Assembly (NCBI GenBank): GCA_964016885.1
Contig: OZ024740.1
Location: 419,616,001 to 419,680,000, forward strand
Reading direction: 5' to 3'
DNA length: 64,000 bases
Origin: Eledone cirrhosa
Lineage: Eukaryota
Shown: positions 52,819 to 64,000 of the stretch, piece after piece
Numbering within the stretch: the first letter of the stretch is position 1
How the letters are laid out: every line of letters starts with the position of its first letter
Translations under genes and position numbers: made by a program
Notes under the pieces: generated by a model
Database searches by the model: none
The model's input: only the letters and a program-made list of their open reading frames with translations
Told to the model about the DNA's origin: nothing

Positions 52819-53280
52819 CATCATCATCATCGTTTAACATCCATCTTCCACGCTAGCATGGGTTAGACAGGAGTTGTCCCACTTGAGGCAAGATTGGTCG
52901 GGTGACTGTGTCTTGCTTGTATAGGACTGTCTGGCGGGTTTTCTACGGCTGGATGTCTTTCTTAACACCAACCACATTTACAGTGTGGACTGGGAGCTTT
53001 TTACTGTGTTACCTACACAGCCACATTACAGCGTGGACTGTGTTTTTTTTGTTGTGACACCTACATGACTTCATTTGTTTGGACTGGATGTTGTGGTACC
53101 AACATAACTTTACAGAGAAAGAATGGTGTGAGTGGAAGTGGGAGGGTGAAGTAGTTGGTTGGGGTGTATGTTTGGTTTGGAGGAAGCCTACTGACTGTAG
53201 GTTAACTTTGCACGTAGGGAAGGTGGGTCTTCTGTATTACTGCGTGGCACCAAAGATCTCAATCCAGTGACATTGTCTTA
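52819..53280 (-). mobile_element. RTE LINE 3' stub
   Basis: Homologous to 38280-38755; (CAT)n at left end. Confidence 0.85.
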
Positions 53281-54284
53281 GTAGAAATGTTGATACAATA
53301 CTTGGTGATAGGAAGGGCATCCAACTTTAGAAATGTTGCCAAACAAAGGGTTAGAAGGACCCTCAGTTATGTCAAAGACATGATAACCCCTCAACTCAGT
53401 GGAACGTAAGACCATACATAAGTGAGAAACAGATCCCTGTCAGTGGCTCTGCTTCAGTACCAATTTGGTCTATGTGAACCTGTCCAACCTTTGCCAGCAG
53501 GGAAAATGGACGTTAAAACAATGATGATGATGTATACTACTAACAGAGCATCATGCAATTATAATGTTTTACTGTTTATAGTAATGTTTATATCAAATTA
53601 CTGGTAGGTGACCCAAACCACCAACATTTCAGTATCTTTAAGTATCTTTATAAGGAACACAATACAACATTACTTCTGTCTATTTACCATATAATGGTGA
53701 TGATGATGAATTATGAATGTAGAAGATGTATTGCAACTAATATCCTGATATGTAAACAGTAGTGTAGAGATAAGAGATATATCGATATCAACTAATAACA
53801 GTAATTGAGATAAAGTTACACAGGAAATCCCAATGGAAGGAAGCCACAGTGGAGGTAGACCAAGAGAGACCTGGGCAGAGGTGGTAAGAGCTGACCTCGA
53901 GTCGCTGAGACTCACAGAGGAAATGATGAAGAAACACAGCAAGTAGAGAGATGCTGTGCTGAGAAGACATCCAACCCATGCAAGCATGGAAAAACGGACG
54001 TGATGATGATGATGAATTATGCACCATTCATGTAGATATTTCCCAAGAATCTAACTACATGGGATGCTAAAAAGAAAGACCAGTACATACTTCAGCAATA
54101 CCAAATATAAAGATGGAATCTATAGAAAATTTGTAAAAGGGTCCATTGTATAGATGGGAGTGAGAGGAAATGTCTTAATTGAAGTCATTGTAGATTTAGC
54201 CTCACCAAAGACACGGAAATAAAGTAGAATCAGGTTTCTGTGACTGTGAAACAGTGTTAACGAAGTGTATTAACCATATAAACT

Positions 54285-54690
54285 CAAATCTTGGGTAATG
54301 ACTGAAAGAATATGATCGTAAATACAAGCATCCAAAATGGGGTCCTTCCGAAGGGTCTTTGAAGTAACATTACTTGATAGAGTGCATAGCTCAGAGATCA
54401 GAGAGTCCCTCCAGGTAGAGCCGCTACTTCTCCGATACTATGGGCATGTGGTTAGAATGACTCAGGAAAGAATCGCTGGACAGATTTTACAGGCAAAACC
54501 AACTGGCAGGCGACCCAGGGGTAGACTCCGAGCAAGCTAGTTGGATAAAATCCATGAGCTTAGCTGGTCTCACTTGGGGATCCAGCAAGATCAGTAGATG
54601 ACGGTTGCTTCAGACAGGACCCACTGGAAGGAGTGTTTGAGGACTTAGCCCAGTTATTCCTGAAAATATCGTTGGGGCAAAGAAGAAGAG
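54285..54690 (+). mobile_element. RTE fragment (Rex3/Expander-like)
   Basis: TLLDRVHSSEIRESLQVEPLLL...YYGHVVRM...PTGRRPRGR. Confidence 0.8.
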
Positions 54691-55297
54691 AACTCAAATA
54701 GAAGCTGATATGAATATAAGCACACCGCCCACTCTACCATTAATGTTTTCATCACATATTCCTCAGCTTATATTTGAGTAGATACAGTAAATAGTATACC
54801 TCAATGTTTACAACTTGGTCAGCTGCAATTGTTATCAATATATAATTGATTATTGTGTATTGATCTAAAGATGTTTTTATATCTCAGAGATATCCATTAG
54901 ATGGTGGTGGTGGTAGTGATGATGATGACGATGTATCATCATCATCATTTTAATGTTCGTTTTCCCAGCTAGCAATGGTTGGGCAGGTGTACATAGTCCA
55001 AGCCAGTACTGAAGTGCTGGCTACTGATCTTCCAGGCTGGCTATGGATCCTGTGTCTCGCTTTATGTATGATCAACACTCCACCAAGTGCACAGGTGAGG
55101 TTGTCATGTCTCTGACACGACTGAGGGTCGTTGATGAATTGAATGTGAAATAGGCTGTTGTATATCAACAATTACACACAGCATATAATCAGAAGTTGAG
55201 TTTAAATCCAATAACAAGGAGGCAAAGTGAAAGGACTAGTGGTTTCTGGTCTGAGGCCTAAACCAGACCCTACAGATTGAGCCAACATCTAGATGAC

Positions 55298-55506
55298 TTA
55301 ACCCATTAGCATTTAAACTGGCTGTATCTGGCCATAATTCTCTCCCCTCTTTCTGTTCAAACCAGCCATAACTGGTCATTCATACTGATGTTAAGGTAAT
55401 GTTCTCAAAATAGATATTATCAAAATCTCAGATTCGATATTATGTGAGATAAAGCCTTTACCATGAAAATACAATAGTATATTTAATGTAAATGCTGAAG
55501 GGTTAA
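55298..55506. mobile_element. TTAA MITE, reverse orientation
   Basis: ttaacccattagcattta ... gaagggttaa. Confidence 0.8.
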
Positions 55507-56313
55507 GTAATGTTCTGCTGAGAAATGTAACAAATATCCAAGATTGGATTTGAACCCATCATTGACGTGGAGCTAGATTAACACCTTATCCACTTATCAT
55601 GTCTCCCACAGACAGTATATTAATAATAACTTAGTCACCTGTTAGCTTTAATATCAAACATATAAAGGAAGGCATGAAGGTGTGTTTAACTAAAGCAGAG
55701 ATCAACTTGACATGACTTTCTGTACACACCTATTGTAGTGTATTATCTCTTTTAATAAGACTAAGTCTTTTCATGTGTTTGTTGGGAGTAAAGACGTCAT
55801 TGTCATCATCATCACCACAACCATCATTGTCATTATCATCACCATCCCCACAACCATCACACCCACCACCACCACCATCATTATCATCCTATAACCGTGT
55901 TTCAATGCTGTCTTGAGACAATATTACTGTTCTATACAGTCCATAGTATCATGTCTAGCTAAGTATATTCTATTTTTCATTTGGTTTCTCCAGCTGAATG
56001 TCCTAATACCAACCATTCTACACAGTATTAAAACATTGCTGAACCTCTGTCAGTTCAGCTGATGAGTATTCCAGTTGTTTGGATAGCATAACAGCCTTCT
56101 TGTGAAATTAACATGCATATGGCTGAGTATTCCACAGATATATACACCCTTAACGTAGTTCTCAGGGAGATTCAGTGTGACACAGTGTGTAACAAGGCTG
56201 GTACCTTGAACTACAAATACAACTTATTTTTACCAGCTGAGTGAACTGGAGCAATGTGAAATAAAGTGTCTTGTTCAAGGACACAGTGAACTGGAGCAAG
56301 GTGAAATAAAGTG

Positions 56314-56548
56314 TCAGAATAGGGAAGACGTTTCCCCGGAAGATAGTAAGGGAGATGCGTTGGAAGAGCCATTCCAGCTTGTGAGGCTCACACCTGCGGG
56401 TAGCCAACTCCATGGTGGTGAGTAGGGAGATGGTCCCAGGGCCAAGGACACCAGAAATCTCCACTGCTACAGGCTTGACCGCAAACATGTCAGAGAGCGA
56501 CCGATATTTGAAAAGTTTACCCTCCTTGGCCCAAAGTGCAGCAGCACT
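56314..56548 (-). mobile_element. CRE-clade restriction-like endonuclease C-terminal fragment
   Basis: KYRSL...PVAVEISGVLG...WLFQRISLTIFRGN. Confidence 0.75.
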
Positions 56549-58846
56549 ATAATTAACCCCTACATTGTTTTATAATCTTTTACTGACAAGTAAACAGTTG
56601 AACTTGGATCATTGTTATAATGTCTTATTTGTTATTTCATTGGACTAAATTCAATCTTAATAAAATAAGTACTGGTAAGATTTTAGGTTAATTAAATCAA
56701 TTATAGTTTTTATAAGATTTATTCTAGTCAAAAAACTCCTTGTCATTTTAATGTTCATTTTGTTGTGAAGCATTAATTAATTTCTAAATCAGAATGATAA
56801 TCTTATTTCATTTGATATCAGTTTTGACTAGTTTCCAGTTATTTTAGTTCAGCTTCCATTAAGAAAAAATAATATATTTAAAAACTATTGGCACAGAATT
56901 GATTAAATCTAGTATTACATGCATTGAAAGACGACACAAATCTGAGTTAGTTGCATTTTTTGAGAAATCTTTGATCAATAAAATAGAAATAAATAAAAAA
57001 TGTTGATGTATATGAAATGGAACACATGAAAGAAATGTAGTTTCCAATTTTCTAAGCAATATTTTGAGATACTGACATATCTCAGATATTTGTGTTGTGT
57101 GCCAATTGTCCCTGAAAGTTGGTTCAATATTTTACATTAGTCTAGTACTTGCAGTCCACATTTTTAACTTGTATCAAAACAGAAAATAATAAATATGTTA
57201 CTATATCTCCAAGGTAATTGCTTTAAGTTGTTTGGGTGAAACAGTTGTAAAGATTGCTATAGTTAAGTGCTCTGCTAACTCCTTTTCAATGTTCAACTTA
57301 TTATTTTATGTCTATATCAAACATTCCCATTTTTATTTGCACACACTTTGTCTTATTTCTCTCAAATAATCCAAATAACAAATGAAATCCAATAATAGAC
57401 AAACCAACACGAAATGCTTGATTAACACTGTTTCACAGTCACAGAAACCTGATTCTACTTTATTTCCGTGTCTTTGGTGAGGCTAAATCTACAATGACTT
57501 CAATTAAGACATTTCCTCTCACTCCCATCTATACAATGGACCCTTTTACAAATTTTCTACAGATTCCATCTTTATATTTGGTATTGCTGAAGTATGTACT
57601 GGTCTTTCTTTTTAGCATCCCATGTAGTTAGATTCTTGGGAAATATCTACATGAATGGTGCATAATTCATCATCATCATCACGTCTGTTTTTCCATGCTT
57701 GCATGGGTTGGATGTCTTCTCAGCACAGCATCTCTCTACTTGCTGTGTTTCTTCATCATTTCCTCTGTGAGTCTCAGAGATTCGAGGTCAGCTCTTACCA
57801 CCTCTGCCCAGGTCTCTCTTGGTCTACCTCCACTGTGGCTTCCTTCCATTGGGATTTCCTGTGTAACTTTATCTCAATTACTGTTATTAGTTGATATCGA
57901 TATATCTCTTATCTCTACACTACTGTTTACATATCAGGATATTAGTGGCAACACATCTTCTACATTCACACATTCTAAACTACATTCAATAAAATATTAT
58001 CTGGTTAATAATAATCTCCTACCTATGCTAACATGGAAGATGGATGTTAAATGATGATGGTAGTAGTCAAAACTTCCCAAACAATGATCTCCACTCTTCT
58101 CAATTTGCTTATTCTACACTATCCTTACTTAAAAGTATTTCATTCCCTTATTTCTTGTGCTCTGCAATCTCTCACTTTCCAGACTAAATATAAAAAAAAA
58201 CTTGATGAATTGTTTCTTAAAAATTCAATTATCTAGGACTTTTTCTCTCTGATTATGTCTTTCATTTCAGTACTTGGAACAATTTATCTCTCAACCAAGG
58301 GGACTAACCGTATATACTTGAATATAAACTGATACAAATATAAGCTGACCCCTATTTTATGTCTGAGAAATGGGCAAAAATCCAAACCTTATTTACATAT
58401 AATTTGAAGTTGCTGGAAAGCAATTTTTTTGGTCACATATTCCTCGGCTTTTATTCAAGTATTTAGGTCTACAGCTATGGTCACTGTCACTTGTCATCAA
58501 ACTAGAATATACAAATACATATACTATGACTGCAAAAGTGTATTGTTGTTGTTGCTGCTATTTAGCTGTATATCAATCCTGATTAAAACCACTACAGCCA
58601 TGAACATCTAATGTGTCCTTCATTTTTTAACATGGAAGGATGGAATTTGAGGTGGTAGGGCTGTTATTTCTTTCAACTTAAACAACCCCATAGAGGGTAA
58701 CTTGATGTGTCCTTCATTTTTTTAACATTGAAGGGTGGAATTTGAGGTGGTGGGGCTATTATTTCTATCAACTTTAACAACCCCATAACTTGTTGGCTCA
58801 GTAGAAGTGTTTTGAATGTGAAATGAATCCCCTGGTGTATTCATTT

Positions 58847-58895
<49 letters not shown>

Positions 58896-58953
58896 TATAT
58901 ATATATATACAATGATATTAAATAAATGGAAACTATATTTATAAAACCATATT

Positions 58954-59018
58954 TATTTTATTATATATATTTCAAGGGCAACCAAGACAACATTGGTACA
59001 CTTTCATCAGATAAAATA
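58954..59018 (-). ncRNA. Type I hammerhead ribozyme motif (mirror copy)
   Basis: Reverse complement of 59157-59221 with core intact (tcatcag 59004-59010). Confidence 0.75.
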
Positions 59019-59156
59019 CAAAGTTTGTTTTATAAATAGAGACATACCCATGAAAATCAAACCTTATCGGTTGGAAATCATACCTTATCAGTTGGAAATT
59101 CCAACCAATAAGGTATGATTTTCATGGGTATGTCTCTATTTATAAAACAAACTTTG

Positions 59157-59221
59157 TATTTTATCTGATGAAAGCGTACCAATGTTGTCTTGGTTGCCCT
59201 TGAAATATATATAATAAAATA
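59157..59221 (+). ncRNA. Type I hammerhead ribozyme motif
   Basis: tattttat CTGATGA aagcgtaccaa-tgttgtc-ttggttgccctt GAAA TATATA TA ataaaata; predicted cut after 59213. Confidence 0.8.
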
Positions 59222-61318
59222 AATATGATTTTATAAATATAGTTTCCATTTATTTAATATCATTGAATCCAGTAATATGTTGAGTGCTCTAAATCAGGTA
59301 TAAACATTTGTATTTGTCAGACTTCCAACAAATTAAATACCACTTCTACTTATATATATATATATGGACCTGTAACTCATGCGGGAGTTCATCATTTTTA
59401 TGGCCAGGTCATTTGGATGTACTTACTGTTAAATTAGTTACATCAAATATTGCTTATGATAAAGAAATGTTATGTAAAGAAAAATTGAGAATATGTTGGT
59501 AGATTGTGGTTGTTAGTGTTATATCACTAAAATAGAGCTGTGACTAAAAGCATTCTAGCTAAAACCAGACATTCTTTAATAATTCTAACTAAAACCATTT
59601 ATTCTGTGATCATAAATTGAAGGTATAGGTAAACCAGACATTCCTTAATAATAATTTAGTGTTAACATATTTAATGTAATTATTTAGTGTTAACATATTT
59701 AACGTAATTATTTAGTGTTAACATATTTAATGTAATTATTCAGTAAAAAAAAGTATTACTAATATTGTTTCTTCCTCACTGCATACTTATCCCTAGTTAG
59801 TCTTTTGATGTCCCCTGCATTTATTATATGTTAGCATTATTAACACACCCAGTGGTTGGTGGTAGGAAGGGCATCCAGTCATAGAAATCTTGCCAAGCAA
59901 AAGGGCTTGGAGGACCCTCAGTTGTGTCAAAGACATGACAACCTCTCCTGTGTGCTTAATGGAGTGTCGACTGTACATAGGCCAGAGATCTGTGTCTCAC
60001 TTTATCTGGGAGACCAGTGGCTCTGCTTCAGTACTGACTTGATTTATGTCGACCCATCCAACCCTTACTAGAAGGGAAAGTGGGCATTAAAACAACAATG
60101 ATGATGATGATGATGATATTAACATAGATGTTTTTCATGTAGCTGTCTCAGTAATTTATGCTTTAAACAACAAATTTATATAACCAGAAGCCATGATTTA
60201 TGATAGAAACTATTAGTGAAATGAGTTTGTAAACTCATCTAAATCATATTAGACAACATGGTTAAAAATATATGCTGATAGTAGTATTTCAACAACAGTT
60301 GATGCAGAAGTCTTGTTTTCACTGTACATTCACTGTTTAATATAAAACTTACTGATCACTTGTAAAAGCATAAAAGTAATTAAAGACTAAATTATTTATA
60401 CTAACAAAATGTCAAGCTTGGTGAATATGAAGTAAATTATATATAATTTCATGCGAGACGTATTTGATGAAAGATCTTGTGGCTACAAATAAAATGAAAT
60501 ATTAACATAACACGAGTTTTTCAAATGATTGACTTAAAAGGGTAATATTCAACATCAAACTGCCAATTGTTTCATGAAACAGTTGAATCTCCAGACTGTT
60601 CTGTTTATTTTCTACTTTATATTTGTTGAAGCTGACATTAAACAGTTTGTCTGATTTGCAACTATTCAAAGAGCAATTTATATATTTTGTTTGTTTGTTA
60701 AGTAATTTGTCTGCTACAGTTGTTGATCTCATGGCCATATTTGAATGTATTAATCTGTCACTCCAACCATTTATTTCATATCTCCTTCCATATACTAGTT
60801 ATTCTAAATACAATACCAAACCAGCATGTTGTATTGGCAGAATCATTAGAGCATCACATAATATTCCTTCAAGTATTTATTTATAGATCTTTACATTCTG
60901 AGTTCAAATCCTTCTTGGGTGAACTTCACCTTTCATGCTTCTGGTATTAATAAAGTACTGGAATCGATTTATATTTCAGTAATGTCTCTTAGATATGAAT
61001 AGAATTTCGAAGGTCATGAAGGTGTGATGCTAGTGTTGTGAAATCTTGCATGTATTAATTTCAACTCTTCTTATTAACTGCATTGTTTCTTAATTTAAAT
61101 TGGAAACTTTTGAAATGGGTGGTTTTAATATCATAGAATCAGAGTTGGTTTTGGCCAGGTTAGTAACAAAAGGGTTAAATATCAACATGTTTCATGAGCA
61201 TGAACTACGAAGATCCTTACATTTGATAATCCCCTTCAGTTGATATTAATAGTCGTTTAGGTCAGCCAGATCTATATGTAGGAAGTAATTCTAACAACTA
61301 GGTACAATATGAAAGATA

Positions 61319-61534
61319 TTAACCCTTTAACATTTACATTACTCTATATATACTATTGTATTTTCACGATAAAGGATTTACCTCATATTATATCGAATCT
61401 ATGAGATTTTAATATTATTTATTTCTAGAACAATACCATAACATAAATATGAGGAGTCAGTTATGGCTGGTTTGAAGAGAAAGAGGTGAGAGAATTGTGG
61501 CCGGATATGGCCTGTTTAAATGCTAAAGGGTTAA
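61319..61534. mobile_element. TTAA MITE, uninterrupted reference copy
   Basis: ttaaccctttaacattta ... taaatgctaaagggttaa. Confidence 0.85.
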
Positions 61535-61954
61535 CTTGTTATGATTTGACCAGTGTTTCAATCAATACCATCCTTTCTTATTTTCAGACAAAGGGTTTCT
61601 TGAAGTACATTATCTAGTCTACCTTTTCTTCTCTAAGATGAAAACCTGTGGTTTGAGAGAGATTTGGTTGTTATTTTGAGCAGGTCATGGTACAGAGAAG
61701 TTCCTTCCTATGCTCACATTACATCATTTTAAGAAACAGAGAGACAATTTCCATTATCTTAGTGAGAGATATTATTTTATATTGTAATTTGTGAACATTT
61801 TTTTGGTGGTTGCAGCTTTATGATGCATCAATTAGTGTCTCGCAGCAGCTTTTACAGCAAGAATAATAAAAAGGTGGGGCTGTTTCTTTAGTTTCTTGAT
61901 AATGTGCCATTGCCATGACAAAATGCACAAAGTTCATCCTGTATGCTGATCCGG

Positions 61955-62455
61955 TGCCACAACAAAAGCACCCAGTCCACCCTGTAAGGTGGTTGTGTTG
62001 GTAACATGACAAAAAGTGCCCAGTCAACCCTGTAAAGTGGTTGTGTTGGTGACACAACAAAAACCACCCAGGCCACCCTGTAAGTTGATCGTATTGGGGA
62101 CATGACAAAAGTTGCCCAGTTCACTCTGTAAGTTGGTTGTGTTGGTGACAACAAAAACCACTCAGTCAACTCTGTAAGGAGGTCGTATTGGTAACAAAAC
62201 AAAAACCACCCAGCCATCTCTGTCAGGTGGTCATGTTGGTTACACAACAAAAACTACCCAGTTCACCCTATAAGATGGTCGTTTTGCTTACATAATAAAA
62301 TGCACCCAGTCCACACTGTAATGTGGTTGGTGTTAGGAGGGGCATCTGACCGTAGAAACTAAACCAAAATACAAATCCATATGAGTAAGATATTGTCTCT
62401 GAACCTGGCTTGTCCCATAGCATGACAATACGTCTAACCCATGTAAGTGTGGAAA
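61955..62455 (+). mobile_element. RTE 3' UTR fragment with ~8 diverged ~47-bp units
   Basis: Repeated cccagtc.accctgtaa.gtggttgtgttggt; ends gtctaacccatg. Confidence 0.75.
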
Positions 62456-63559
62456 AGAGAGATAAGTCACACTCAACCCTGGTACTTATCTTAATTAGAT
62501 CTGGAGAGTGATAAGTCACACTCAACCATACTAAGATTTGAAGCCAGAAACTAGAGGTACGAGAAAAATTAAGTACTTTGAGGTGTTTAATCTGATACTT
62601 TGATGTTTCTGCCAACTTACCACCCTTCAGTGGTTTCTTGGGCACAAAACCAATTTGGTGGGAAGGTGGGTATAGTCAATTAAATCAACTTTGATTTCCA
62701 GTGTTGTCATTCATCAAATATATTGGATGAATGACAAAGTTAAACTTAACCAAATTTGAACTCTGGCCATAATATTATATTATACCATATATACCACAAG
62801 TTATTTTGTCTGTCACTCTACCTATTTTCCTAATCTACTATTCGACATTAAGAGAAATAACTCTATTCATAATTTCATCATTTATTCTCAGTAAAGTAAT
62901 GACTACATGCATTTAGAAAGACAAATATTTCTGTGAAACTGTGTAATAAATACATTTATCATAAAATATATAATAGAATTTACTCTCCAGAAAATTATTT
63001 TCTTATGGAAATTTTTACTTAAAGTGATAAAAATACATTTTTTATTTTTTTATTTTATTTTATAAATTTTTATTTACTATTCATAACATATTTCAATCTT
63101 CCAACTTCATTGCTGAATAAACTTGTCACTATTTTGCAATTATCAGTTGTGAACAACATCTCAAATATTTAATTTTACTTCATATTATTTACACATAAAG
63201 ATGTTTGCCAGCTATGATTTGTTAAATACCATCATAATTTTCATCTTAGTTTTCCACATCAGTAAATGTCATGTCAACATAACTGGATATTATTCTTCTG
63301 TGTGTTTGATTGGAAAATTTTATTGAATCGATGGAAGAAACTGGATTGTTGTTGTTGTTTATATTATAAATTCTTGTGTGAATATGAATTGAAAGGTATT
63401 CAAAATTCTGTTACACAATATTGTATTTTACAAATTTGAAACCTGATTAATGCCAGCTATAAAAATGTAAAATGGGAATGATGTAGTTTAGTTAGATTGA
63501 GAAATATAGCTTGTCACAGATTTCTATGAGACAAAAGAGACTGTGTGATATTCATGCCT

Positions 63560-63992
63560 TTCTTAAGGGTATAAATCAATAAAAATGCTGGTAGACAGGA
63601 ACCACTCCTTGTGATGGTGAAAAGATGGAAGTTTGCCTGGTATGGTCATATATCCTACCACAATCCCTTGTCTAAAACCCTCCCTCAGAGCACAGTCAAG
63701 AGAGGGTGAAGAAGAAGCAGATAAAGAAAATCCTGGTCTGATGACATCAAAGACTGGACTGGTCACAGCACTGAGACACTTCAATGCATGACAGAGAATA
63801 GAGATTTATGGTGACAACTGACAGCAAAAGCCTCTAGAGTGGCACCCCAACGACTGGTTACACCAGTGGTACATCTAGAGTGGCACCCACATGACTGGCT
63901 GCACCAGTGGCACATCTAGAGTGGCACCCACATGACTGGCTGCGCCGGTGGTACATCTAGTGTGACACCCCAACAACTGCTTGCACCAGTTA
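63560..63992 (+). mobile_element. RTE-like 3' fragment ending in ~41-bp tandem repeat x4
   Basis: WYGHI...RKSWSDDIKDWTG remnants; ctagagtggcacccca...accagtggtacat units from 63834. Confidence 0.65.
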
Positions 63993-64000
63993 CAGGAACA

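Larger units (their letters stand above)
53714..57968. repeat. 547-bp inverted duplication (53714-54260 / 57422-57968) with 3.16-kb spacer
   Basis: Arms are reverse-complementary with only about six mismatches seen by eye. Confidence 0.92.
58910..59350. mobile_element. Fold-back palindromic element (centre 59098, ~85-bp tail) flanked by (TA)n
   Basis: 58910-59097 is inverted relative to 59099-59265, with a 21-bp duplication in the left arm near the centre. Confidence 0.85.

Noticed and set aside
60502-60950. Overlapping 76-87-aa ORFs as exons
   Set aside because: No recognisable motif or convincing splice signals, and the 3' part runs into a decayed SINE

Overview
AT-rich, repeat-dominated eukaryotic DNA, most likely intronic or intergenic sequence of an octopus or related coleoid. 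This is inferred from the long TA/CA microsatellites, RTE LINEs with (GAT)n tails and abundant tRNA-headed SINEs. No intact host gene is confidently visible, and most ORFs in the track are microsatellite artefacts or retroelement debris. The window holds two near-full-length decayed RTE LINEs (one with a 3.9-kb twin-priming-type inversion), many RTE 3' stubs, remnants of R4/Dong, CRE and Penelope-like (GIY-YIG) retroelements, SINEs, TTAA/hAT/Tc1-type MITEs and several minisatellites. The most notable signal is seven type I hammerhead-ribozyme motifs in five short elements embedded in (TA)n. Four unrelated elements cluster at 2.0-6.3 kb and one lies at 59 kb. Two of them (2071-2500 and 58910-59350) are near-perfect fold-back palindromes with a 1-nt loop. 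They carry a hammerhead on both strands and share nearly identical architecture despite diverged sequence, which makes them a candidate family of non-autonomous Penelope/retrozyme-like hairpin elements. All coordinates and pairings were read by eye, so boundaries are approximate and nothing was database-checked.
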